From the IMG/VR virus record IMGVR_UViG_3300007345_000037, positions 1-59,831 of that record: a DNA stretch of 59,831 bases. The stretch is one strand, 5' to 3'. Below, in pieces: positions 28,691-37,313 of this stretch (position 1 is the stretch's first letter; every line of letters starts with the position of its first letter). The notes below the pieces were generated by a model. That model saw only the letters and a list, made by a program, of their open reading frames with translations. It ran no database searches and was not told the origin of the DNA. The position numbers and the translations under genes are program-made. The DNA is from a virus. Its lineage: Duplodnaviria; Caudoviricetes.

Positions 28691-31600
28691 TTACTGCGCT
28701 ATGTTCAAACCACGAGAGTTCAACTGTTGAATCACCTGCTTGGTAATCTCGTTTGCCGCTTGTCCCGTAGTCATGCCGTTGAAGTTGTTCGTCATAATCA
28801 CCTCGGTGGTGTTGATGAGCGTTTCAACTCCCTTGTTGACGACCTGCTTTACCATGTCGCCTGTAATGTTTCCTTTTGCCATACCGAAGAACATTTCTTC
28901 ACGGGCGTTGCTGAACTCAAACGCCGCTTCCTTTGCCGCTTCTATTGGGCCAATAATACTTTCTTGAATACCATCTGCGAAACCACCAAGACTCAATGCA
29001 CTCATGTCTGTTTCGATGAAATCGGTAAGGTCGGCCATGAAATCTTCTGCCGTTTCTGCTTCTTTGGCTAAGTCCATGATTGCTCCTTGGAACTCTTCGG
29101 GGATTGCCGCAAACGCATCTGCGTAAGCGTCTTCTAAGCCAAAAATCTCTTTTTGGGCACCACTGTACATCAAGTCTTCGTCGCCCATTGATGTAGCCCA
29201 TGTGTACTTGCTAAACAGGTTATCAAAGAATCCAAAGTTCTCTTCGGCTTGTGCCAAGTCTTGACCAGCCTGTTGATAATCCTTTACCAACCCAAATACT
29301 TCTTTAAGGGCGGCTTGGTCAGTCGTCAAGGTTTCTGCCGCAGTGAGATTTTCTATGTCTTTCAAGATAGCGTGTTCTTTCATCAAAATATCAAGTCTTG
29401 ATTGATATGCCTTCTTGACGGTTTCATCGCTTGCTTCGGCGATTTTTCTTTGTAGGTCTTCGATACCGTATTCCATTCGGTTTGTAGCATCGGAAAGACC
29501 CTTTAGGTCGTAGTCAAGATAGGTGTCCATCATATCTTCGTACTCTTCCTTAGTGTAGTTGATTGCCTGTCCAAAGTCCATCATAGCGTCGGCCATATCG
29601 TCGGTTTTGTCTTTTCCAGCGAATAGCCAAGCAAGCAACGCTGTACCACCAATGACAAGCGCACCAAGACCCGTCATCATAATTGCAGTCTTAAGACCTT
29701 TAAGGGAAAAAGTAAGATTATTTACTCCGCCTGCGGCGGCGTTTGCTCCTATCATAAGTCCGTGTGTCTGCTTGGTCAATGCAAACATTTGAATCATCGA
29801 AGGAATCATAGCAAGATTCATCAAAATCATGCTTGCTCTTGCCGACCTTTCGCTGTCGCTGAACATACTGAATCCCATTGATACTGCGCTTAGTATTCCC
29901 GAAGTCTTCATTAGCATGGCTTGCTGTCGCATAGAAGACTGTACCGTCAAATCCTGTTGTGTTTTCACCTGTGCAAATGTTTGAGCGAATAACTTCATCT
30001 TGGGAAGAATCTGCATAATCTCTTGTTCGTTGAGATTGTACGCCGCCGCCAACTGTTGTGCGGAAATCACCATAGCGTCAACAATTGCTTTGTTTTGCTG
30101 TTCGGTGTTTGACTTCATTTTGGTAATCTCGTTGAGTCTTGTGGAAGCCGCCGCAAGAATAATCTCGCCCTGCGTCTGTCCCTTTATTTCTGTTTCCATA
30201 GCGTTTGCCAGCAAGACTCTTTTACCTTCGTCGGAAATCAATTTGCTCATCAGTTGTGACTGTTGTTGCATTTGTTGTATTTGTTGTTCTCCTAAAAATA
30301 CTTCACCGGTTTTTGCGGCTTGATTTTCTTGTGTGTAAAAACCAAGCCGTTGCATTAGGATGCCACGATTCATTTCAATATCTTCCAATACCCTTGCATT
30401 TTCTATTTCGAGCATTTGCTCGGTCTTTTTCTTTGCCGCCGAGTTAGACATTACTTGGTCAACCTGTGTTATCCTCTTGAAGTGACCATCGTCAATTCTT
30501 TTTTGAGCCATTTCCTCAATGCTCATCAGTTGTATTTTGTCAAGTTGGTCTAATTTTTCTATTGTCGCTATTCTTGCGGTTTGGGTTCTTTGTGCGACTA
30601 TTCTTCTTTCTGCATCAGTCAAAGCGTTTGCTGTTTGTACACGGGTTTGTTCGGTTTGTAGTGTGATAATTTTAGTCTGCAAGTCTTGCTTGCTTGTTTG
30701 GGCCTGTTTCAATTCTTCCGTTGTCAATGCTCTTGACATTTGTGCGTTTGCCGACCGCATCATCATTTCTTGATTTTCCATTGAAATTTTCCCTATGCTT
30801 ATTTGGGTCAATTGTGACATTTTGGATAACTCGGCATCAAGCATATCCATAGAAATTCTTTGCATGGCGACCTGTCCACCGTATGCGCTTGACCTAACCA
30901 ATTGTTCGTTGTTCATAGCACGAGCAATTTGTTGTTGGGTTCGCATCGACACATTGAGGCTCATCATGTTAAGTTGCGCTTCCACAATAGGAGCGTATAA
31001 TTTTCCTAATTGTTGAGCCGTGAACATACCTTCGATTACGCCTCGATATATCTCATTTTCTTCTGCAAATTCAGCAAAGGCAAAGTTAAGGTCTGCCTGT
31101 GCTTTTGTCGCTCTAAGAACAGCGGGAGTAAAGACCGCACCAACTGCCGCCTTAGCGTTGACAAGTCTTGCTTCTTGCTCCTTCAATTGGAACGAAACAT
31201 CTGCCATTTTCTTGTTTAATTCTTCTTGTGCTGTGTCGAGTTCTCCAACCGCTTGAGTGTCTAATTTGACTACACGGCGGTGGTTTTCAAACAACTTGAT
31301 TGCACGAACATAGTGGTCGTTTCCAGCCATAGCCTGTGCGAGAGCCAATTTGTCAGCATCCTTGAGGTTGCCATATCGCATAGCAACATCGTTTAAAATA
31401 TCTTCCATGCTACGCAATTCGCCGTTAGCACCTTTGACTTCGATACCATACCTCTTAAGAACTTCTGCGTTGTTTCCTGTGTTGGCACCAAGACGGGCAT
31501 ACATCATCTTGAGCGCACGACCAGCCTTTCCTTGTTCTTCACCAGCCTCAATCAAAGTGGCGGACATAGCGGCCATGTAAGCCGTCGAATCACCAGCCAA

Positions 31601-32338
31601 TTTACCGGAAGATGCGAACTGATTCATAACATGGGTAATCTGTGACATGGTTGCCGCAGAACGGTTTTCGATTGTGTTCAGTTGGTTGAGCATCCGAATG
31701 CTGTTTGCTCGGACTACATTTGCTTTTTGCTCCGAGGTCATTCGGTCAAAGTTAGCCTTTTCCAAATCACCGTACATGAAGCCTGTCTGCTGTTGAAGCG
31801 AAATCATTTTCTTCATGGCGTCTTCTGTTTCCATGCCACCAATCATACCGAACTGCATACCAATCTCGGTAGCCGCAACAGTCGCTTTGCCACCACCAAC
31901 AATGTCGGATAACTGCGCCATCTTAGCACCAGCGACAAGGGCTTGGTCACCACTAAATGCGTATGTTTCACCGAGTTCTATGATTGCTTCTGTTGCCATA
32001 TCAACATCTGTAAAGTTGGCGAACTTTTCAAATTCAAGTCGGGCCGTGGCTATTTCTTGAGAAAGGGGAACTGTGCTATCAACAAGCGAATCCATTTGGT
32101 CGGAAATCAATTGGATGCTTTCGGTGATACCGGAAAGACCATCCAGCACAAGACTTTGCAGAACAGTAATTTTTGCCTGTGCGTCACCAATCAAACGGTT
32201 GGCTTGGAACGACCCGACAACATCGAAGAAAACACGGGATGCACCGGCTCGCAAAACGAGCATAGTGACCATCGCAAAAACAGCGACAATTGGTGCAAAG
32301 GAAAAAATAAGGCTTTGAATCACTCTCTCCACCTTCAC
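28691..32338 (-). CDS. Tail tape measure protein
   Basis: 1215 aa, helical and Ala/Gln/Met-rich. It has a TP901-like core (AGRALKMMYARL...GELRSMEDIL) and hydrophobic segments, and follows the tail chaperones. Confidence 0.9.
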   Translation of the reverse strand: MKVERVIQSLIFSFAPIVAVFAMVTMLVLRAGASRVFFDVVGSFQANRLIGDAQAKITVLQSLVLDGLSGITESIQLISDQMDSLVDSTVPLSQEIATARLEFEKFANFTDVDMATEAIIELGETYAFSGDQALVAGAKMAQLSDIVGGGKATVAATEIGMQFGMIGGMETEDAMKKMISLQQQTGFMYGDLEKANFDRMTSEQKANVVRANSIRMLNQLNTIENRSAATMSQITHVMNQFASSGKLAGDSTAYMAAMSATLIEAGEEQGKAGRALKMMYARLGANTGNNAEVLKRYGIEVKGANGELRSMEDILNDVAMRYGNLKDADKLALAQAMAGNDHYVRAIKLFENHRRVVKLDTQAVGELDTAQEELNKKMADVSFQLKEQEARLVNAKAAVGAVFTPAVLRATKAQADLNFAFAEFAEENEIYRGVIEGMFTAQQLGKLYAPIVEAQLNMMSLNVSMRTQQQIARAMNNEQLVRSSAYGGQVAMQRISMDMLDAELSKMSQLTQISIGKISMENQEMMMRSANAQMSRALTTEELKQAQTSKQDLQTKIITLQTEQTRVQTANALTDAERRIVAQRTQTARIATIEKLDQLDKIQLMSIEEMAQKRIDDGHFKRITQVDQVMSNSAAKKKTEQMLEIENARVLEDIEMNRGILMQRLGFYTQENQAAKTGEVFLGEQQIQQMQQQSQLMSKLISDEGKRVLLANAMETEIKGQTQGEIILAAASTRLNEITKMKSNTEQQNKAIVDAMVISAQQLAAAYNLNEQEIMQILPKMKLFAQTFAQVKTQQDLTVQSSMRQQAMLMKTSGILSAVSMGFSMFSDSERSARASMILMNLAMIPSMIQMFALTKQTHGLMIGANAAAGGVNNLTFSLKGLKTAIMMTGLGALVIGGTALLAWLFAGKDKTDDMADAMMDFGQAINYTKEEYEDMMDTYLDYDLKGLSDATNRMEYGIEDLQRKIAEASDETVKKAYQSRLDILMKEHAILKDIENLTAAETLTTDQAALKEVFGLVKDYQQAGQDLAQAEENFGFFDNLFSKYTWATSMGDEDLMYSGAQKEIFGLEDAYADAFAAIPEEFQGAIMDLAKEAETAEDFMADLTDFIETDMSALSLGGFADGIQESIIGPIEAAKEAAFEFSNAREEMFFGMAKGNITGDMVKQVVNKGVETLINTTEVIMTNNFNGMTTGQAANEITKQVIQQLNSRGLNIAQ

Positions 32339-32601
32339 TCGCTACGCTTCGCTATGGGAACGCCAAGGCTCCTTAGCATGTCCATCCCTTCACTGTCACT
32401 TAACAGTTCTCGCTGGGCCTGTCTTTGTTTGCGTCGGGCTACCATTGATTTGCCGTCAGTCTTTTTTGCCTGTTTAGTGGCTTCTGCAATCCTATCTTGC
32501 ATATCCATAGCCACAAGCAAATCAAGAGTCAATAGGTCTTGACCGCCTTCGCAGTCATACTTGTCCCACAAATCCGAGGGTAGCGTACCTTTGTACGCCA
32601 T
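32335..32601 (-). CDS. Tail assembly chaperone, frameshift-extended part (lambda gpT-like)
   Basis: This frame is reached by a -1 slip at C CCT TTG (32640-32634). It lies between the tail tube and tape measure genes. Confidence 0.7.
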   Translation of the reverse strand: MAYKGTLPSDLWDKYDCEGGQDLLTLDLLVAMDMQDRIAEATKQAKKTDGKSMVARRKQRQAQRELLSDSEGMDMLRSLGVPIAKRSE

Positions 32602-32615
32602 GCACAGTGTTGGTG

Positions 32616-32978
32616 CTACTCGGAAGAATTGTCCAAAGGGATTGCACCCTCCGGGTCGTCGCCACGGACAAAGCCAAGAATCATTCGTAGTTCACTGCTT
32701 GTTAGGTTGTCGGCATCAAAATCTTTAGGGGAAATAATACTCATTGGCACCCATTCACGGATTTGGGATTCCATTCCAGCACCTTCTGTTTCGAGGGCTT
32801 CTGCAAATTGTGCTTGTTGTTCATCGGTCCAATTTGTCGGGTCAACACCAAAGTGGATATGGTCACGAAAAACCTTTGCTTGGATATTTTCGATTCGCAA
32901 TTTGGACATACCACCGGCTTGTCGCACAGTGATTTTTGTTCCATCATCAAGTTCAAATTCTTTTGTTAGTACGGGCAT
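32616..32978 (-). CDS. Tail assembly chaperone (lambda gpG-like)
   Basis: Canonical gene position, with a slippery heptamer five codons before the stop. Confidence 0.75.
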   Translation of the reverse strand: MPVLTKEFELDDGTKITVRQAGGMSKLRIENIQAKVFRDHIHFGVDPTNWTDEQQAQFAEALETEGAGMESQIREWVPMSIISPKDFDADNLTSSELRMILGFVRGDDPEGAIPLDNSSE

Positions 32979-33018
32979 CTTTTCTTCACTTCTCTTTCCT
33001 TTTGGGGGAATACTACTC

Positions 33019-33213
33019 TCATGCTATGATAGCAACAATGGTACAGGTTATGTGGTTGCTATCCTTTTTTCTCGTTGTTGAGCAATTGATGATAACATCA
33101 TCGTTTGCTATTGCGGCCCGTAGAGCCGTTTGTACTGCGGCGGCAGTACCTTCAAAATGCAAAACATTTAATTTTGTTTTGTCGGGAATGGTTGTTCCAC
33201 CGTTGTGTGCCAA
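33019..33213 (-). CDS. Small hypothetical virion protein
   Basis: GAGGTGA SD, within the tail operon. Confidence 0.55.
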   Translation of the reverse strand: MAHNGGTTIPDKTKLNVLHFEGTAAAVQTALRAAIANDDVIINCSTTRKKDSNHITCTIVAIIA

Positions 33214-33223
33214 CTAAATCACC

Positions 33224-34225
33224 TCAAGCACTGTATGCGGCGGCTCGGTCATTCTTAACAACAATGTCCATCATCTTATTGTCAACGCTGTCGTAAAGGG
33301 CCACAAACGGTACCGAGAAGGTTTGACTGTCACGACCGGACACATTTGCGTCGGGTGCTTCAAATCGAATCTTGTAAAAGTTGAATGTCACAAGGTCAGC
33401 GGTGGACTCGTCACCGAATTGACACTTTAGTTCAACACCGCTACCGGAGAACTCAAGACCGTCTGCGGAAACCAAAGCGGTATAGGTTGGGTTGCTTGCT
33501 CCGGCTCCGGTGAATAGGATTCGGTTGAACTCAATAGTTCCGCTAATCTCACGGCGTTGTGCTGGTGGAGCGCGAACATAGGTTGGGCTACCAAGACCGC
33601 AGGCCGCATCGCCATCACGGTTAAGGGTAATGTCAAACGAAATTGACTTCACAGCATCGGTTGCTGTTGTGTCACCGTTGAAAAAGACCTTTGCATCGGA
33701 GAAGTAAAGAGCAGGCTTTGTATCGGGGAATGCGGCAGTCAATCCGCTAAGTGCGCCTTGGCTGTCTTCCGACTTACCCATGAACGATGCGCTCACAGTA
33801 GCGTATTCGTTGATTGCGGCGTTAATACCCAAAGACTCAACAACCACACCCTTGTAGTAGTGAATCTTCTCTTCACGAGCAACTGCCATTTCAAGAGAGT
33901 GTCCTGTGCCTGCTTCTGTGAAAGTGTGAGAGTAAGGTGCGCCGGAGCCTGTCACAGTGTCGGTACCCATAAGTCCGAGAAGAAGCATACCGGTAAAGTT
34001 GTCGTTAATCAAGGCCATGTTAATGTCGCCTTCCATGTACTCTTTTCCTGTGACGGACTTTGAGGAACCGTAGCGGCTCATGTCCTCACGAGTAAGCAAG
34101 TCGTAGGAATGCTTGATTGTTTCGTCGTCAACTTCACCGTAAAAGTACGATGAGGACGAGGTTGTTCCGTATGAGTCTTCTTTTCCAATCGCCACATAGC
34201 GGTTGTTCATATCTTGGATTGCCAT
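33224..34225 (-). CDS. Major tail tube protein
   Basis: RYVAIGKEDSYGT, YSHTFT and REISGTIEF patterns typical of siphovirus tube proteins, plus gene position. Confidence 0.85.
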   Translation of the reverse strand: MAIQDMNNRYVAIGKEDSYGTTSSSSYFYGEVDDETIKHSYDLLTREDMSRYGSSKSVTGKEYMEGDINMALINDNFTGMLLLGLMGTDTVTGSGAPYSHTFTEAGTGHSLEMAVAREEKIHYYKGVVVESLGINAAINEYATVSASFMGKSEDSQGALSGLTAAFPDTKPALYFSDAKVFFNGDTTATDAVKSISFDITLNRDGDAACGLGSPTYVRAPPAQRREISGTIEFNRILFTGAGASNPTYTALVSADGLEFSGSGVELKCQFGDESTADLVTFNFYKIRFEAPDANVSGRDSQTFSVPFVALYDSVDNKMMDIVVKNDRAAAYSA

Positions 34226-34277
34226 ATTAAATCACCTTCCGATGCCTTTTTCACCTTCGAGTTGATTATTAAATGTT

Positions 34278-35336
34278 TCATCGGTGTCGCATATTTATTC
34301 GGCGAGAATAGGTCAATGTCAGTAGATGGGTACATATTGTGACCTCATCATCTAATTTGGATTGAAGTTCTAAGTCGTACTCGTAAAGACTGTCAGTTGT
34401 TCCGTTTAGACCTGTTGTGGTGTAAAGTTCATCGAAAATCTCGCCGGTGATATTGAGGCACTGTCGGTACGCATCTTCGTATGTTGTGCCACGGCTGGTA
34501 ATGTAAATAAGAACATCATACTCTTGGTCGATTCTGCCACCACCAAGAGCCGCAAATGTTGGCGAAGAAAGTCTTCGCAAAATAACATTTACGAATGGAG
34601 GCACCATCTTCGACAGCATTGTGTTTGAAATGTCGTACCCGTACTTGATTGAGCCAGCATCCAAATGAGTCTTAAGGTAAAACCTTTTGCTGTTGCGTAG
34701 TGCTTGTACTACCGAAAGACCCATGCGAATCAAAGTGTCTGTTGTCAAATCCGAAGGTGCCAACTCGTCGGGACTAAAAGCCCCTGTATCGGTAGCATAA
34801 ACGCTGGCCCACTTTACATTCCCACTTCCATTTCCCCACTTGATAGTTCTTGTTCCACTGCTTGATGCGCCAGCAACGCTAAGGTACGCTGTTTCTGCGG
34901 AGTCGTCTTCGATAAGTTCTCGGAAGTACAGTCGAGCGTTTCCCGATGCGTCAAGAGTTAATCTCAAGATAAGAGGTGTTGGGTTTTCTTCAAGCATTGA
35001 AATATCCAAATCATCACTTGTCACTGTTGTTGCGCCAACCAACTGAACTTTTTGACCAAGAGCCTTAACTTCGACTTTCTTTGTTCCGTTATCAAGCGTA
35101 AGCAAAGTATGACCATCGGTAGGAGCAGTAGTGTATTGTATTCCGGCAAAAATAGTGTAGGCGTTTGTGGTTGGTTGGACATGGTATTGGCTATTTGTCA
35201 CCACCCAATAATCGTCGGAAGCAGTACCATAATCATTGTTTCTTGACCAAGCACCATTGTTTGTTCCTACGGGGGCAGTAGGGTCTTCACCGTTTAGTCG
35301 GTAATTCCAAAATTCAGTCGTTGTCGCTATTGCCAT
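34278..35336 (-). CDS. Tail terminator-like protein with N-terminal beta-sandwich domain
   Basis: The C-terminal ~150 aa have a terminator-like pattern (PPFVNV...EYDVLIYITSR), directly upstream of the tube gene. Confidence 0.55.
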   Translation of the reverse strand: MAIATTTEFWNYRLNGEDPTAPVGTNNGAWSRNNDYGTASDDYWVVTNSQYHVQPTTNAYTIFAGIQYTTAPTDGHTLLTLDNGTKKVEVKALGQKVQLVGATTVTSDDLDISMLEENPTPLILRLTLDASGNARLYFRELIEDDSAETAYLSVAGASSSGTRTIKWGNGSGNVKWASVYATDTGAFSPDELAPSDLTTDTLIRMGLSVVQALRNSKRFYLKTHLDAGSIKYGYDISNTMLSKMVPPFVNVILRRLSSPTFAALGGGRIDQEYDVLIYITSRGTTYEDAYRQCLNITGEIFDELYTTTGLNGTTDSLYEYDLELQSKLDDEVTICTHLLTLTYSRRINMRHR

Positions 35337-35337
35337 A

Positions 35338-35964
35338 TCAAAGCCTCTTTTTTAGTTCGTACTTCATTCGTGTTGGGAATCTTGCTTCAAACCTGTCTTC
35401 TGCCACAGTAAGGTAATCAATAGCAAGATAACCATAAAAATAACCTTCACCGCCATTACCGTACCAAGCAGTATTTCCGGTAGCCGAACCTATTTGGCGA
35501 CCATATTGTTTCGCTCCTAATGCTGTATTGGCAAATCGAGAACGCCTTCCTTTAAATTTAAAAGGTCCGGCATCTCGACCTTCCTGTAAAGCCGCACCTA
35601 TGTTGTACCTTTCTTCGTTATCGTCGGGGTCAGTATGCACACCTACGCCTATGTCGCCACTTCGACCATCCGGCCCCTTGCTTCCAAAAATAGCATTAAG
35701 TTCCACATCATCATTTTTTGATGTCACGGTTCTTTCGTAGCCAAGAGAGTTAGCGACTTCTCGTGCCTGTGGGTGCATACCCATAAATCCTCGAAGATGC
35801 TTGTATGCGTGGTCTTTGGCGGCACTAAGAGCATAACCACTTGCATACATCATAGCCTTTTCCACTGCTTCTTGAATTTCGTGAAACGCTCGGTTAAAAG
35901 AATCATTGTCAATGTTGATACTCATTCCTTTTGCGGAGCGATTACGAATGTGAAACGCTGGCAT
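35338..35964 (-). CDS. Neck/tail completion protein
   Basis: Gene position and HK97 gp10-like pattern (YNIGAALQEGR...YLTVA). Confidence 0.55.
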   Translation of the reverse strand: MPAFHIRNRSAKGMSINIDNDSFNRAFHEIQEAVEKAMMYASGYALSAAKDHAYKHLRGFMGMHPQAREVANSLGYERTVTSKNDDVELNAIFGSKGPDGRSGDIGVGVHTDPDDNEERYNIGAALQEGRDAGPFKFKGRRSRFANTALGAKQYGRQIGSATGNTAWYGNGGEGYFYGYLAIDYLTVAEDRFEARFPTRMKYELKKRL

Positions 35965-36503
35965 TAGTCAACACTTCCTAAGTGAGCAAGTCGCTTGAGA
36001 TTATCCATGCCACGCTCACGAAGGTTGTTGCCACGGATTGTTCCGTGGGTGCTTGCCGTTTGAAAAATCGCTTCGTCTTCAAAGTAATATGCGGCGGCAA
36101 TATCAGCACAAATTTCACGAAGAACATGTGCCTGCTCCCCTTCTTGTACTGTGACACCGGAGGCATGGTCAAAAGAAATACCTGTGACTCCTGTGAGGTC
36201 ATTGGTGGACTTACCCGTCCATACAAACGAATCACCGTCTATATTGCCGTTTCCAGCACTGCTAAAGCCCGTTCCGCTTGTTAGGGTCACTGTGGTAGCC
36301 CCAGCCGAAATAGCACCGTTAAGGGTGGTTTCTGCGATTGATTTGCTGGGTACATCTCGACCGTAGTCACGGTACATTTGGTCAATGTCAATCGTTGCAC
36401 GACGAATTGCGCTTGTCAATCGAGTCCCTGCTCTTGTTCGCTGGGTACTGTCAAGCCCAAGACGGGAGCCTACATCGCTTGTTGAACAATAGTACACCAT
36501 CAC
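35964..36503 (-). CDS. Head-tail adaptor-like protein with inserted beta domain
   Basis: YCSTSDV...AIRRATIDID...LREICADIAAAY adaptor pattern, with an internal TTLNGAISAGATTVTL insert. Confidence 0.65.
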   Translation of the reverse strand: MMVYYCSTSDVGSRLGLDSTQRTRAGTRLTSAIRRATIDIDQMYRDYGRDVPSKSIAETTLNGAISAGATTVTLTSGTGFSSAGNGNIDGDSFVWTGKSTNDLTGVTGISFDHASGVTVQEGEQAHVLREICADIAAAYYFEDEAIFQTASTHGTIRGNNLRERGMDNLKRLAHLGSVD

Positions 36504-36658
36504 ATCAACCCCTGCACATCAACACCGAGCGATGCAACCATCGCAAAAAAAGCATACTTCAAGTATTTTGCCATAACGGACAACTCAAACACTGCTTGTT
36601 CAAGCAGTTGTACTCGCTGGTCCAAAGACTCGACTTGTTGTTCAAGATTTTTGCTCAT
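36500..36658 (-). CDS. Small coiled-coil plus transmembrane protein (holin-like candidate)
   Basis: Translated by hand: MSKNLEQQVESLDQRVQLLEQAVFELSVMAKYLKYAFFAMVASLGVDVQGLM. Confidence 0.55.
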   Translation of the reverse strand: MSKNLEQQVESLDQRVQLLEQAVFELSVMAKYLKYAFFAMVASLGVDVQGLM

Positions 36659-36947
36659 CCTCAATCACCTGCTTTGCTTCTTCAAGACGGGAAATGAGGT
36701 CTGCCTTTGTTCCGTCAACGGCAAGTCCGTTTTCGTTAGCAAGTTCAATTAACTCCGCCTTTTTCATTTTCTTAATCGAAGATAGGGAAGGTAATTTTGA
36801 GGCAATATCTTTTAGGTCGTCAGCCAAGTCAATTACTTCATCAAGTGTAATCTTGCCATCGGCCATCAATTTTTTGTATGTTTTGTAGCCAGCAAGCCCA
36901 AGACCCACTGCAATTGCGGCAAGTAGTATAATCATTTCAATATCCAT
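36642..36947 (-). CDS. Membrane-anchored SAP/HeH-domain protein
   Basis: N-terminal TM IILLAAIAVGLGLAGY and SAP-like MKKAELIELANENGLAVDGTKADLISRL. Confidence 0.7.
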   Translation of the reverse strand: MDIEMIILLAAIAVGLGLAGYKTYKKLMADGKITLDEVIDLADDLKDIASKLPSLSSIKKMKKAELIELANENGLAVDGTKADLISRLEEAKQVIEDEQKS

Positions 36948-36948
36948 T

Positions 36949-37122
36949 TTATTCACCTTTGTTGTATAGAACTTCTTTTACGGCTGATAGCGGAATAACG
37001 GTAAAGTGCCTACTTTCGCCCACCCGATAAATCTTGTAGCCGTGGGGTGTTTCTTCAATGTTCACATTCGTGTAGCACCTTTCGGGAGGATGATACACTA
37101 TTTTTCCTTTTCTTTTTGTCAT
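36949..37122 (-). CDS. Small hypothetical protein (57 aa)
   Basis: Translated by hand (MTKRKGKIVYHPPERCY...). It fills the gap in the operon. Confidence 0.5.
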   Translation of the reverse strand: MTKRKGKIVYHPPERCYTNVNIEETPHGYKIYRVGESRHFTVIPLSAVKEVLYNKGE

Positions 37123-37124
37123 AT

Positions 37125-37313
37125 TTAACTCTCCAAAAACGCTTTAATTTCACTTGAAGTCATTTCAGCCAAGTCCGAAGGCCACATATCGGGACTAACT
37201 CCATAAACACCCTTTGAATACCAAAAAACAGGTTGCTCTCCATCAGCCCCACTATCAATGTGCGACCAATCCTCATCGGGGTATCGTGCTTCCAATTTTG
37301 CTTTTATGCTCAC
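37125..37313 (-). CDS. Small hypothetical protein (possible fibre chaperone)
   Basis: Overlaps the stop of the fibre-like gene. Confidence 0.5.
   Translation of the reverse strand: MSIKAKLEARYPDEDWSHIDSGADGEQPVFWYSKGVYGVSPDMWPSDLAEMTSSEIKAFLES

Noticed and set aside
35293-35300. Isolated TTTAGTCG inside a structural gene
   Set aside because: There is no TATA box at the 13-bp offset, and one or two chance occurrences are expected in 60 kb.
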